A stretch of DNA of 64,000 nt, from NCBI GenBank assembly GCA_035905815.1, contig JAMIGE010000022.1:18360-82359 (forward strand), in the 5' to 3' direction. Under the pieces are notes generated by a model. It was not told the origin of the DNA and ran no database searches. It saw nothing but the letters and a program-made list of their open reading frames with translations. The translations under genes and the position numbers were made by a program. This DNA is from Minisyncoccota bacterium (GTDB lineage Bacteria > Patescibacteriota > Minisyncoccia > Phycocordibacterales > UBA5272). This document shows positions 30,780-40,008 of the stretch, one piece after another (the stretch's first letter is position 1; each line of letters opens with the position of its first letter).

Positions 30780-31202
30780 TTAAACACCTCCTGCGAACAT
30801 GCCAGCGAAAAATCCTCCTACAGCACTCACTGCAAATACAATAACCCCAACAATAACACCAAATAAAACTTTTAAGATTCCCTGAAAAATATTAGAAACT
30901 TTGGTAGAAAATATTTTAATTGCTATTAATAATCCAGCACTAAAACCTAATAGTGCGTAACCTATTTGAAGAAGATAAGCAAAGCTAGGAATTATACTGT
31001 TAGAATAGTATTGAAAGATATATAATATGAAATTTATTGCTGCAAGTATCAAATACCCCCAACCAATAACTTTTAGTCTATTGTTTGGCACATGTTCTGC
31101 TGGTTGCGTTGAATTCTGTGCAGACTGCTGATTTTCTAAGTTTGCTTTTTTTAACTCATTTATAATCTCTTCTTGATTTAGAATAGTTGGGTTATTTTCC
31201 AT
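30780..31202 (-). CDS. hypothetical small membrane protein
   Basis: 140 aa with a Gln/Asn-rich N-terminus, 3 TM helices and a Gly-zipper-like C-terminus (GGFFAGMFAGG). Confidence 0.4.
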   Translation of the reverse strand: MENNPTILNQEEIINELKKANLENQQSAQNSTQPAEHVPNNRLKVIGWGYLILAAINFILYIFQYYSNSIIPSFAYLLQIGYALLGFSAGLLIAIKIFSTKVSNIFQGILKVLFGVIVGVIVFAVSAVGGFFAGMFAGGV

Positions 31203-31243
31203 ACAAATTAATTATAACATAGATATAAAGATTCATACAATAG

Positions 31244-31268
31244 AAAAGCCCGCATTGCGGGCTTAAAA
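31244..31268 (-). terminator. intrinsic terminator (gcccgc-att-gcgggc)
   Basis: aaaagcccgcattgcgggcttaaaaa lies 3' of the 31321 gene. Confidence 0.55.
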
Positions 31269-31320
31269 ACTATTTGTATTTATCATTAATTACTACCGCA
31301 GATATGTCAGATCCGATTGA

Positions 31321-31566
31321 TTATAGTCCAGCGTCCTTGAGAAGCTTCTGCTTTTTAAGGATCTGACCTGTTCTACGCCTTAGGCGCTTCAGTTCTGCCG
31401 CCAAACTACCTGAGGCCTCCCCATTTTTTGCTTTCTTGGGACTTGGCCTTTTGGTCTTATTTGCACGTTTAAGTTTTGGCTTTGGTGCTGGCAACTTTTG
31501 CGGCTTTGCTATAGTCAAAAAGGCATTTAGTACTTGCTCTGTATCTTGAGCTCCTCTTCTACCCAT
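31321..31566 (-). CDS. hypothetical highly basic Lys/Arg-rich small protein (possible nucleic-acid-binding)
   Basis: 81 aa (KPQKLPAPKPKLKRANKTKRPSPKKAKNG), located directly downstream of secY where adk/map/infA are usually found. Confidence 0.4.
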   Translation of the reverse strand: MGRRGAQDTEQVLNAFLTIAKPQKLPAPKPKLKRANKTKRPSPKKAKNGEASGSLAAELKRLRRRTGQILKKQKLLKDAGL

Positions 31567-31645
31567 TACTCTTTTCCTTTAAAATACAATATACATGTTA
31601 TATTGCTTCGTAAACAGTATAGCACTTTATGGAATTTTGTAAAAC

Positions 31646-31672
31646 AAAACAACCCTAATCGGGTTGTTTTGT
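31646..31672. terminator. terminator hairpin (aacaaccc-taat-cgggttgtt) 3' of secY
   Basis: Perfect 8-bp stem with A/T tracts on both sides. Confidence 0.55.
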
Positions 31673-31730
31673 TTGATTTATTTAAGGTTAAGAAGTATGC
31701 TTTAATTTATATTATAACTCAAAATATAAA

Positions 31731-33008
31731 TTAATATTCACTCATACTCATCTGAGCATCTATTTTCTTCATAAGATCTAGCGCTACAGAGACCGCAATT
31801 AATAGGGAAGTTCCACCAATTTGTACACCGCTAAAGCCTGCTGGTAGTAGCCCTTGTAGTACTACAGGTAGTATTGCTAATACTCCTAAGAATATTGCTC
31901 CTACAAATGTTAATCTAGTCATCACCTCTCCAATGTAATTAGCAGTAGCCTCTCCTGGGCGCTGTCCTGGGACAAAAGCTCCTGACTTCTGTAAATTCTC
32001 TGCAGTTTTCACTGGGTCAAAAGTTACAGCTGTATAGAAGTATGTAAACACGATAACCAATGCAAAGTATGTTAATCCATACGCCCACTGATTACTTAGG
32101 AATACACCAATATTGCTTGCAATTGTCTGCATTAGAGCATTATCACTATTTTGCATTAGCTGAGCCGCCAATTGAGGGAAAAGCAATATTGATACTGCAA
32201 AGATAATTGGCACAACTCCAGCCATGTTAAGGCGAAGTGGTAGATAAGAAGTACTAAGTCCAGCTGATGCATACCCACGAGACTGTTTGGCATGCACAAT
32301 TTCTAGAGGCCTTTCAGCTTCGGTTATATACACGATACCTGCAATTACTAATATACTAAGTAGTAAGAGTGCTGCATATCCTGCTGACTGTGACCAGTCG
32401 AATGTAGCAAGTCCAGACCATATACTTGTCGGTAAAGTAGCCACAATACCTGCAAAGATAATAAGTGAAGTACCGTTACCTATACCCTTCCAATTAATCT
32501 GCTCTCCTAGCCACAGCATCAGCATAGTGCCCGCTACCACAATAGTTACATTTGCTAATGTATTTACGTGGCTAAGCGCTGGTAACACTGACTGCTTCTG
32601 CAGTAATAGTATTAGACTGTAGCCCTGTACGAATGCTAGAGGTAGAGCAAGATAGCGTGTATAGGCTGCGTATTTACGCCTACCTACATCACCCTCCTCC
32701 TGCTGCATCTCTTTAAGCTTTGGGTACAAAACAGTAGCTAGCTGCATTATAATACTTGCTGTAATATATGGCCCAACTCCTAGCATCACTATTGATAGAT
32801 TACTTAGTCCTCCTCCTGAGAAAAGGTTAAGCAGTCCGAATAGTTGAGAGTTGTTACCACTATCTAAGAAAGTAGCAAGCTTGGCAGAGTCAATACCAGG
32901 AATTGGAATTGAGGCTAGTACGCGTGTCAAAGTCAAGACTAAAATCACGAATAATATCCTTGACCTTAGCGACTTTTCCAGCCATACCGATTTTAAATAT
33001 TTGAACAT
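31731..33008 (-). CDS. secY: preprotein translocase subunit SecY
   Basis: 425 aa, 10 TM helices, with GNGTSLIIFAGIV and SGVQIGGTSLLI motifs. Follows rplO. Confidence 0.9.
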   Translation of the reverse strand: MFKYLKSVWLEKSLRSRILFVILVLTLTRVLASIPIPGIDSAKLATFLDSGNNSQLFGLLNLFSGGGLSNLSIVMLGVGPYITASIIMQLATVLYPKLKEMQQEEGDVGRRKYAAYTRYLALPLAFVQGYSLILLLQKQSVLPALSHVNTLANVTIVVAGTMLMLWLGEQINWKGIGNGTSLIIFAGIVATLPTSIWSGLATFDWSQSAGYAALLLLSILVIAGIVYITEAERPLEIVHAKQSRGYASAGLSTSYLPLRLNMAGVVPIIFAVSILLFPQLAAQLMQNSDNALMQTIASNIGVFLSNQWAYGLTYFALVIVFTYFYTAVTFDPVKTAENLQKSGAFVPGQRPGEATANYIGEVMTRLTFVGAIFLGVLAILPVVLQGLLPAGFSGVQIGGTSLLIAVSVALDLMKKIDAQMSMSEY

Positions 33009-33033
33009 AATAGTTATATTATATCACTAATAT

Positions 33034-33471
33034 TTACTTTACACTACCGCCTGCCTTTTCTATTTTAGCTTTTGCTGTCTCAGAAACCATGCATCCTTCT
33101 ATTACTAGTTTCTTCTCTATTTCACCAGTGCCTAGGATTTTAACCTGAGGAAATCTAGCAAATCTAGTAGAAAGTAAGCCCTTTGCAACTACTGCCTGCC
33201 TTGTGATCACATCTCCATCATTGAAAATGTTTAAGTCAGTCAAATTAACTGGAGCGTAACCTCTTGAAATAGACTTCAGAGCGTGGATACCGCGACCCCT
33301 AAGCTTTGGCATCTTCTTAATAATATCGCGCATTGCTGGGCGCCTCTTATTACCTGCTCTAGCTGTTTGACCCTTACCTCCACGACCAGACTGCTTGCCA
33401 TGACGGCCACCACGACCTACAATTTTCGCTTTCTTATTTGGGTTGTCTCTTACGATTTGATGTAATTGCAT
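33034..33471 (-). CDS. rplO: 50S ribosomal protein L15
   Basis: Gly/Arg-rich N-terminus [25 protein letters not shown] and a C-terminal EKAGGSVK motif. Lies between rpsE and secY. Confidence 0.8.
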   Translation of the reverse strand: MQLHQIVRDNPNKKAKIVGRGGRHGKQSGRGGKGQTARAGNKRRPAMRDIIKKMPKLRGRGIHALKSISRGYAPVNLTDLNIFNDGDVITRQAVVAKGLLSTRFARFPQVKILGTGEIEKKLVIEGCMVSETAKAKIEKAGGSVK

Positions 33472-33475
33472 ATAT

Positions 33476-34078
33476 TTATTTAATAGCTAATTGCTCCAGA
33501 GCCTTCATAGTTGCGCGAGCGTTGTTAAGTTTATTCTTGGTACCTCCGTGGAATTTAGCTGTAGTATCAGTAATACCAGCAAGTGCAAATATTACCCTTG
33601 CAGATGATCCAGCGATCAATCCTTTACCTTTGTTAGGAGCCATCCATACGCGCGCAGTATCGAACTTTGCATCCACTTCATGCATTATGCTTTTATTTTT
33701 AGATAGCTTTACAGTTATCATATTCTTCTTTGCATCCTTGATAGCCTTGTCCATGGCTGCAGCATTGTCTAATGCCTTACCTGTACCTAGTCCTACTCTA
33801 CCATTTCTATCGCCGATAACTACTGATGCGGCCAAAGAGAATCTACGTCCTCCTGATACCACACGTGTTACACGCCTAATACTAATAGCTTTTGAGTCGA
33901 ACTCTGGCTTCTCGCGAGGAGCGCGTGGAGCTCTTGGCCTTCTGTCTCCAGACTTAAACGGAGCACGTGCACCTGCCTGTCTTGGAGCTCTTGTAAAACT
34001 CTTCCTCTCTGCTGGAGCGGCAGCTGGCGCTGCAGCTACTGCTGCACTGTCTTGTGTTTTGATTGTTTCGTCTTGCAT
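33476..34078 (-). CDS. rpsE: 30S ribosomal protein S5 with an Ala/Pro/Arg-rich N-terminal extension
   Basis: [34 protein letters not shown] core motif. The start is uncertain: the ORF-track ATG at 34114 would overlap rplR by 32 nt, and the alternative ATG is at 34078. Confidence 0.8.
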   Translation of the reverse strand: MQDETIKTQDSAAVAAAPAAAPAERKSFTRAPRQAGARAPFKSGDRRPRAPRAPREKPEFDSKAISIRRVTRVVSGGRRFSLAASVVIGDRNGRVGLGTGKALDNAAAMDKAIKDAKKNMITVKLSKNKSIMHEVDAKFDTARVWMAPNKGKGLIAGSSARVIFALAGITDTTAKFHGGTKNKLNNARATMKALEQLAIK

Positions 34079-34082
34079 ATAT

Positions 34083-34433
34083 TTAGAATTTAAGTCCAGC
34101 CTCGCGTGCTGCATCTGCTAAAGCTTTGATTCGACCAGCATAAGAGAATCCACCTCTGTCAAACACCACTGCCTCTATCTTGGATGACTTTGCTTTGTTT
34201 GCAATTTCGGCTCCAACTAGCTTTGCGCGCTCTACCTTGTTTGTCTTAGCATCACTTTTAATATCACTAGCAGCTGCAATAGTTACAGCTTTGCTATCAT
34301 CAATCAATTGTGCGTATATAAACTTGTTTGAACGGAAAACGGCCAACCTTGGTCTTGCCTCAGTACCGATTACAGTAGATCTGATCATTCTGTGCTTTCT
34401 CTCTCTTTTAATTGTTTTAAGTTTTGTATTCAT
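34083..34433 (-). CDS. rplR: 50S ribosomal protein L18
   Basis: [20 protein letters not shown] and [26 protein letters not shown] motifs. Confidence 0.85.
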   Translation of the reverse strand: MNTKLKTIKRERKHRMIRSTVIGTEARPRLAVFRSNKFIYAQLIDDSKAVTIAAASDIKSDAKTNKVERAKLVGAEIANKAKSSKIEAVVFDRGGFSYAGRIKALADAAREAGLKF

Positions 34434-34444
34434 ATATTTATAGA

Positions 34445-34978
34445 CTAAGCGCTCTTCTTACCTTCCTTACGTCTAATAACTTCATCAGAATATCTAATAC
34501 CTTTACCCTTGTATGGCTCAGGCATTTTAACTTTTCTAACTTTCATAGCAAAGCTCGACACCATTTCTTTGTCTATTCCACTGATTGTCATTTCCCCTTT
34601 TTCTGCTTTGATTGCTAGACCTTCTGGTATATCCATCATAACAGGATGAGAAAATCCCATGTTCAATTGCACCTGCTTACCTTTTACTTCCCATTTGTAT
34701 CCAACTCCTTCCACCAAAAGCTTCTTCTCGAATCCGTCAGTAACACCCTTTAGCATATTCTGTACGTGGCTCATATAAGTACCCCAGATACTTCTAGAGA
34801 ATTTATCATTGCGCCTAGGAGCTGATGTAATCTCTGCGCCTTCGATCTTAAATTCGATCTCGTCACGCAAATCACGCACCAGTGTACCCTTCGGACCTTT
34901 AACAGATACAGAATTATTAGTAAAGTTAACCTCTACTCCAGCTGGTATATTTAATACTTGTTTTCCTATTCTACTCAT
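34445..34978 (-). CDS. rplF: 50S ribosomal protein L6
   Basis: MSRIGKQVLNIPAGVEVNF N-terminus and duplicated L6 domains. Confidence 0.85.
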   Translation of the reverse strand: MSRIGKQVLNIPAGVEVNFTNNSVSVKGPKGTLVRDLRDEIEFKIEGAEITSAPRRNDKFSRSIWGTYMSHVQNMLKGVTDGFEKKLLVEGVGYKWEVKGKQVQLNMGFSHPVMMDIPEGLAIKAEKGEMTISGIDKEMVSSFAMKVRKVKMPEPYKGKGIRYSDEVIRRKEGKKSA

Positions 34979-34982
34979 ATGT

Positions 34983-35372
34983 TTACCAAATTTCGAATAA
35001 TGCCTCGCCGCCTACATTCTCTTTACGAGCCTGTGCTCCAGACATTATACCCTTTGGGGTAGATAATACTAATAATCCAAATCCATTTCGAACCTTATAT
35101 ATGTCTTTGGTGCTCATATACTGCCTACCTCCTAGCTTACTTAGTCTTTTGACTCCGTTCACCTTTGATACTTTGCCTGTATACTCTAGAGCAATTTTAA
35201 TCTCTTTCTTAACACTATCCTTCTCCACTACATTAGCAGCTTTGATATAGCCTGCCTCTTTTAATACCTCTAGTATTGCTAGCTTCATCTTTGAATGTGG
35301 GATCACAGTCTCGCCCTTTCTGACTGCTCCAGCATTCTTGATAGAAATTAGCATGTTCATTATTTGATCCAT
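34983..35372 (-). CDS. rpsH: 30S ribosomal protein S8
   Basis: DQIMNMLISIKNAGAVRKGETV near the N-terminus and C-terminal GGEALFEIW. Confidence 0.85.
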   Translation of the reverse strand: MDQIMNMLISIKNAGAVRKGETVIPHSKMKLAILEVLKEAGYIKAANVVEKDSVKKEIKIALEYTGKVSKVNGVKRLSKLGGRQYMSTKDIYKVRNGFGLLVLSTPKGIMSGAQARKENVGGEALFEIW

Positions 35373-35384
35373 ATATATTTCAGA

Positions 35385-35570
35385 TTACCAAGAAGACTTT
35401 GTGATACCAGGTATCATGCCTTCATTAGCGAGTTCACGGAAGCAAGTACGACATAAGTCGAAATCTCGCATGTATCCGTGTTTGCGACCACATTTAAAGC
35501 AGCGTCTTACAATCCTTGTGCTAAACTTGGGCTTCTTATTAGCCCTTGCTATTACTGATGTCTTTGCCAT
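35385..35570 (-). CDS. rpsZ: 30S ribosomal protein S14, zinc-binding type Z
   Basis: 61 aa with CFKCGRKHGYMRDFDLCRTCFRE, a four-Cys Zn ribbon. Confidence 0.85.
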   Translation of the reverse strand: MAKTSVIARANKKPKFSTRIVRRCFKCGRKHGYMRDFDLCRTCFRELANEGMIPGITKSSW

Positions 35571-35712
35571 TTTAAATTGTTATTATCTATTAAGCCTATA
35601 TAATATCATCTGTACAAATTCCTATTCCTAGACTATCTGGACAGAGATTTTTATAAGCTTTTGGATTATAACATAAAACTCATATAAAAGCTAGACTATA
35701 AAACAATAAGAA

Positions 35713-35737
35713 AACACCCCGTATAAACGGGGTGTTG
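35713..35737. terminator. hairpin (aacaccccg-tataaa-cggggtgtt) between the 35773 gene and rpsZ
   Basis: Perfect 9-bp stem, seen directly. Confidence 0.5.
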
Positions 35738-35772
35738 GTTAGTATCCAAAAAGGTTAAAGAGGTGCTTAGGA

Positions 35773-36396
35773 CTAAGTGCTCTTACGAACCCCAGCAAAC
35801 CACCAATTACGATACTTATTAGCCCAGTATTGGGTACCCTGCTGACCTACACGGACGGAGCGCACGCCACGTACGCGGGAGAAGCTTGCGTAGCAGTGCT
35901 CGTTTTCAGCATTAGTCCACTGTGTGGCATATCGATATACTCCAGCAGAAGCAAGGTCAGCTTCATTTATGCTTGCCAGAGTGAATGGGTCTACTGGCAC
36001 AAGTCCGAGCCTTTCATAAAAATAGTACAAGTGAACAGGTTTCACTCGGCCATATTTAAACTCGAAGAAATACACGTCAACTTCGGTGGATGTTCCGCGC
36101 GGCATCTCAGACGCAACGGAATCTTTTAGATATATCTGACGACCCTTGCTTTTGAAAGCTTCCTTAATGTTAAGACTAAGGTCCACCGTAGTGCGGCGGA
36201 CAATCATATCATTAACATCCTTTGCACGGTCCTGAAATACAGAGAACATTTCACCAGCGAGACTTTCTGTATCGAGCACAACCTGAGCCGCCGCAAAGGG
36301 AACCTCTGAAGCACGCATTGCAACCATGGAGCTGAATTTTTCGACCAGTTCACTAACTTGGTCTGGTGTCATTTTTGATGGGGTCATGTTGGGCAT
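35773..36396 (-). CDS. hypothetical protein, GC-rich, inserted where rplE/rplX/rplN would be expected
   Basis: 207 aa, Trp/Tyr-rich C-terminus (YWANKYRNWWFAGV), about 52% GC, with no recognisable motif. Confidence 0.45.
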   Translation of the reverse strand: MPNMTPSKMTPDQVSELVEKFSSMVAMRASEVPFAAAQVVLDTESLAGEMFSVFQDRAKDVNDMIVRRTTVDLSLNIKEAFKSKGRQIYLKDSVASEMPRGTSTEVDVYFFEFKYGRVKPVHLYYFYERLGLVPVDPFTLASINEADLASAGVYRYATQWTNAENEHCYASFSRVRGVRSVRVGQQGTQYWANKYRNWWFAGVRKST

Positions 36397-36545
36397 TGCG
36401 TCGTCTCCTATTTGAAAAGGTGCTATGAACGGTTGTTCATACTGTTGGACAGATTAGCATATTTTACATATTAAGTCAAGGGGTCGTATTAGCTCACCAC
36501 CTTGAGAACACTTGTAATAAAATAAATATATGTGTATACAAAATG

Positions 36546-36566
36546 AAAGCGCCCAGTGGGCGCTTT
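36546..36566. terminator. hairpin (aaagcgccc-agt-gggcgcttt) 3' of the lipoprotein gene
   Basis: Perfect 9-bp stem. Confidence 0.55.
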
Positions 36567-36571
36567 GAAAG

Positions 36572-37444
36572 TTATTTATAAATTGCAGCGAGTTTATCCC
36601 TCTGCCTACCCTTCTCATCAAGTACACGCAGTTCAAGGCACTCGGCCAGGGGCTTATAAATCCGATAATCGGGATTATTCATTTTGATACGCGTTGCAAT
36701 TTCTGCTATCGTACCCGGCATTGCCATATCGCATAACCGAGCTGTATCATTGCGCAGCTTGATGTTGTATCCCAAGTCCGACTCGCCATGCTTTTGCTTT
36801 GGTGGGTACGCAGCGCACAAGCGCTCATACTTGTTCGCCCAGATATCTTTGGACGAAGTGTGCCTTAGTAAGTCGCATGCCAGCAATCCCTTTGTTCTCA
36901 AATTGGCCGGCTGAACGAACACAGAGTCAGGTACACCATTTGGATCGTTTAATATAACTTTGAATTTCTCATGGTCACTTTTACTGATAAGTATTCTAGG
37001 CAGGCTTGTAATTTCGTCTGGGCATGGGTCATTCTCTGGCAATTGCCGATTTTGACTCCAGCAGTATCTGTAGAGAGGATGCGGACCGGGTCCTGACGTA
37101 GGGCCAGTGCTAGCCTCGCTTGGTGGCACAATTGGATATGGTGTAGATTTTGGACCTCCACCTGTTATGGGTGGGCAATTATCAGCAGATGCTACATAGC
37201 TATTGTTTGTAATACACCAATAATCGGCTGGCGATTTGGCTACGTGGGTGGGTACTACAGAATCTGAGCTTGCCGCTGCTGTAGCATTTAGCGGAGCGCT
37301 AGGCTCAGTGTTTTTAATTTTAGAACTTTCTACTACTGGTGGCGGATTCGTCTTCGGCGCATCCACATCTATTCCACCACTACTACATGCGGACAGCATA
37401 ACAGCGCCAATCATTATCAGATAAACTTTTAAAGAACTTTTCAT
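36572..37444 (-). CDS. hypothetical lipoprotein, GC-rich, Pro/Ser-rich linker and Cys-containing globular C-terminal domain
   Basis: Signal peptide with lipobox VMLSAC|SS, a PPPVVESS...PTSGPGPHP linker and 8 Cys in the C-terminal part. Confidence 0.5.
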   Translation of the reverse strand: MKSSLKVYLIMIGAVMLSACSSGGIDVDAPKTNPPPVVESSKIKNTEPSAPLNATAAASSDSVVPTHVAKSPADYWCITNNSYVASADNCPPITGGGPKSTPYPIVPPSEASTGPTSGPGPHPLYRYCWSQNRQLPENDPCPDEITSLPRILISKSDHEKFKVILNDPNGVPDSVFVQPANLRTKGLLACDLLRHTSSKDIWANKYERLCAAYPPKQKHGESDLGYNIKLRNDTARLCDMAMPGTIAEIATRIKMNNPDYRIYKPLAECLELRVLDEKGRQRDKLAAIYK

Positions 37445-37604
37445 TCTACTCTCCAGAGTAGTATTGAGACTTACACATACTAAAACAATTTAAACCATAT
37501 TTCAAGTGACGCACACTCACGACGCGACAGTTAATAATACGCCGTGTTAGTCTAAATCTAAAAACTGAGTTAAATATTAAAACTATATTGTTAAGAATAA
37601 ATTC

Positions 37605-38873
37605 CTAGCAGACTTGTGTATAGCTCCCCAAGAGCTTGTCCACACTTACTATTTCTGAATCTGCAGATTTCCTCTCTTTCATTTCTACTCCACCGGAAGC
37701 TATGCTTTTCTCACTGACTACTATTCTCATTGGCATGCCCAGCAGATCTGCATCAGAGAATTTCTCCCCCGCGCCCACGCCTAACCTATCATCGAACAGT
37801 ACCTCTACCCCTGCGAGTGTTAGCTTGTTATATATGTCCGTTGCTAATACATACGAAGCTTCATCTGCACTTTTAGCAAGAGCTAGTAAATGTATAGAAA
37901 ACGGGGCAATTGCTGCAGGCCAAATTATACCTCTGTCGTCATGTGACAGCTCGGTGATTACGCCCATCAGTCTAGTCACACCTATTCCATAGGATCCCAA
38001 ATACACAGGCACACTCTCACCCGACTCATTCTTGTAATATAGTCCCATCTCTTCGCACTTACCAGTACCAAAGCTAAATATATTGCCAACCTCTGCTGAC
38101 ACCTTTTTATCAAAGTCCTCTGGCTTGGCATTCATCTTGGCTAAAGTCTCCTCGTTAAACACCTCCTCATTAATCGCATAATTGTCATTCTTGTGTATAT
38201 ATATGATATCTTCTCCGGCGTCGCACACTGTCTGAAATTCATGACTGAACTTATCCGTAAATACTCCACCCGAGGCAGAAGTCACATAAGTTATATCTCC
38301 TAGACCCAGTTCGCGATATATATTCATATAGCTTTCAATAGTTTTATTATAAAAGTCCATATGCTGAGCTTCATCTATACTATATGAATACATATCCTTC
38401 ATTATGAATTCCCTACATCGCATTACACCAGCCTTGGCCCTTGTCTCATTTCTTAATTTATTCTGAAATTGATGCACATATGCTGGCAAAGTCTTATAAC
38501 TATTGATAAAGCTCTTCATCATATTAGTAATAGGCTCCTCATGACTCCACCCTAGCCCAATCTCTGTACCGCTTTTTAAATTTGTCTTGAACCAAATGTC
38601 TACTTTATCATCACTCCATCTGTCTGTCTGCTCCCACACTTCCTTATTCTGTATACTAGACATGATAAGCTCATTGGAGCCTAACTTAAGCATTTCGCGA
38701 TTAATAATTCCTTTAATATTACTAATTACTTTAAATCCAAGTGGCAGCAAGCTGTATACCCCAGCCATTTCTTTGTGTATATATCCTGCGCGTATTAGCA
38801 ATTGGGCGTTTGTAGACACCTCATCTGCTGGCGCTTGCTTGCTTGTCTTTGTAAATAATTGTGTTTGCCTCAT
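37605..38873 (-). CDS. proS: proline--tRNA ligase, bacterial-type N-terminus without INS editing domain
   Basis: MRQTQLFTKTSKQAPADEVSTNAQLLIRAGYIHKEMAGVYSLLPLG N-terminus with class II motifs, but only 422 aa. Confidence 0.85.
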   Translation of the reverse strand: MRQTQLFTKTSKQAPADEVSTNAQLLIRAGYIHKEMAGVYSLLPLGFKVISNIKGIINREMLKLGSNELIMSSIQNKEVWEQTDRWSDDKVDIWFKTNLKSGTEIGLGWSHEEPITNMMKSFINSYKTLPAYVHQFQNKLRNETRAKAGVMRCREFIMKDMYSYSIDEAQHMDFYNKTIESYMNIYRELGLGDITYVTSASGGVFTDKFSHEFQTVCDAGEDIIYIHKNDNYAINEEVFNEETLAKMNAKPEDFDKKVSAEVGNIFSFGTGKCEEMGLYYKNESGESVPVYLGSYGIGVTRLMGVITELSHDDRGIIWPAAIAPFSIHLLALAKSADEASYVLATDIYNKLTLAGVEVLFDDRLGVGAGEKFSDADLLGMPMRIVVSEKSIASGGVEMKERKSADSEIVSVDKLLGSYTQVC

Positions 38874-38918
38874 TAGACTATTATATAATAAATATGAAAT
38901 TTAAAACAGCCCTATAAT

Positions 38919-39197
38919 TTAATTAAACAATTCGCTGTGGGAACCAATATTCACAAGCTCAAGAACAAGAATGGATTCAATTTTTAGATACAACAACACA
39001 ACATCTGGCTGAATATGCACATCGCGGAACCCTTTATATTCTCCTGTCAGTGCGTGATCTCGATATTTAGGGGGTAGGATTTTTCCTTTTTCCAAAAGCC
39101 CTACAACATACTCAAACTCTTGAATATTGAAGGTTTTACTCCTAAGAACTCTTTTAAAAGATTTACGAAAACTTCTAGTTGTGACTATTTTATACAT
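38919..39197 (-). CDS. yafQ: type II toxin, RelE/YafQ family mRNA interferase
   Basis: Motif resembles E. coli YafQ: PKYRDHALTGEYKGFRDVHIQPDVVLLY...NIGSHSELF versus YKDHPLQGSWKGYRDAHVEPDWILIY...RTGTHAALF. Confidence 0.75.
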   Translation of the reverse strand: MYKIVTTRSFRKSFKRVLRSKTFNIQEFEYVVGLLEKGKILPPKYRDHALTGEYKGFRDVHIQPDVVLLYLKIESILVLELVNIGSHSELFN

Positions 39198-39374
39198 TTA
39201 CCAATTTAGAGAATCAGCCAGCATTGATTTTACACTTTTATATCTCTTCCCTTCTTGTAGTGCCTCTATACATTCAATTTTATACGCATTAGATTTAGCC
39301 AGCTTGTTCATAACTGTTTTAACCTGGCCGGATTTGGTCTTTAAACTATTTGATTTGGATGCGACTTTCAACAT
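39198..39374 (-). CDS. putative DinJ/RelB-like antitoxin (short)
   Basis: Small ORF immediately upstream of yafQ on the same strand and abutting it (stop/start adjacent). The start could be at 39437 or 39374. Confidence 0.45.
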   Translation of the reverse strand: MLKVASKSNSLKTKSGQVKTVMNKLAKSNAYKIECIEALQEGKRYKSVKSMLADSLNW

Positions 39375-39427
39375 AATACAATTATAGCATTTAGACAATA
39401 TTAAAAGCAACTCACTTATTCCAAAGC

Positions 39428-39469
39428 AAACGACCAAAAACAGCCCTATCGGGCTGTTTTTGGTCGTTT
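39428..39469. terminator. long hairpin (19-bp stem aaacgaccaaaaacagccc-tatc-gggctgtttttggtcgttt)
   Basis: Seen directly. It separates the 39476 gene from the TA pair. Confidence 0.6.
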
Positions 39470-39475
39470 GCTTTA

Positions 39476-39757
39476 CTATTTCGAATTTGAATATAGTCTA
39501 TCTCTCAAATTGTCCAACACCCCCTCTTCTCTATGAAGGCTTATTCTTCTTTCTTCAATTAATTCGTTAAATTTTTTAACTATCGAACCCTCTCCTAATT
39601 TAGCCTTATACCCTTCTGGGTATCCACCAAATAATTGATTAAATATTGCCCTTGCTTCTGATAAACTTTTTTTGTAAATTTCAACCTTCTCTTTCTGTGT
39701 CTCAACCTGCTGCTTTATTTCCTCAATTCCTTCATTTGTATTTTTTACTCCTTCCAT
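39476..39757 (-). CDS. hypothetical small coiled-coil protein
   Basis: 93 aa, charged and helical (IEEIKQQVETQKEKVEIYKK), adjacent to the TA module. Confidence 0.4.
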   Translation of the reverse strand: MEGVKNTNEGIEEIKQQVETQKEKVEIYKKSLSEARAIFNQLFGGYPEGYKAKLGEGSIVKKFNELIEERRISLHREEGVLDNLRDRLYSNSK

Positions 39758-40008
39758 ATATTTATTTCATTTATTATTTACTTCTTATTAAGATTGATTA
39801 CCGCTTTACTCTTACATTTTAATAGTAATAGATATATATTGGAAGCTGGTTATCCACAATGGAATACTTATTAAATTCCAGACTAATTACAAGCCAGACC
39901 TAACTGATACAAGCAATATTAGCACCTACTCTACGAGCTTTGACTTTTTGGATAACGAGACAAATATATACACAGATTTAAATAATATTTTCATGATATA
40001 ATATAAAT

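Noticed and set aside
36454-36636. 60-aa minus-strand ORF overlapping the 3' end of the lipoprotein gene
   Set aside because: It spans a terminator hairpin and overlaps a better-supported gene. It is likely spurious.
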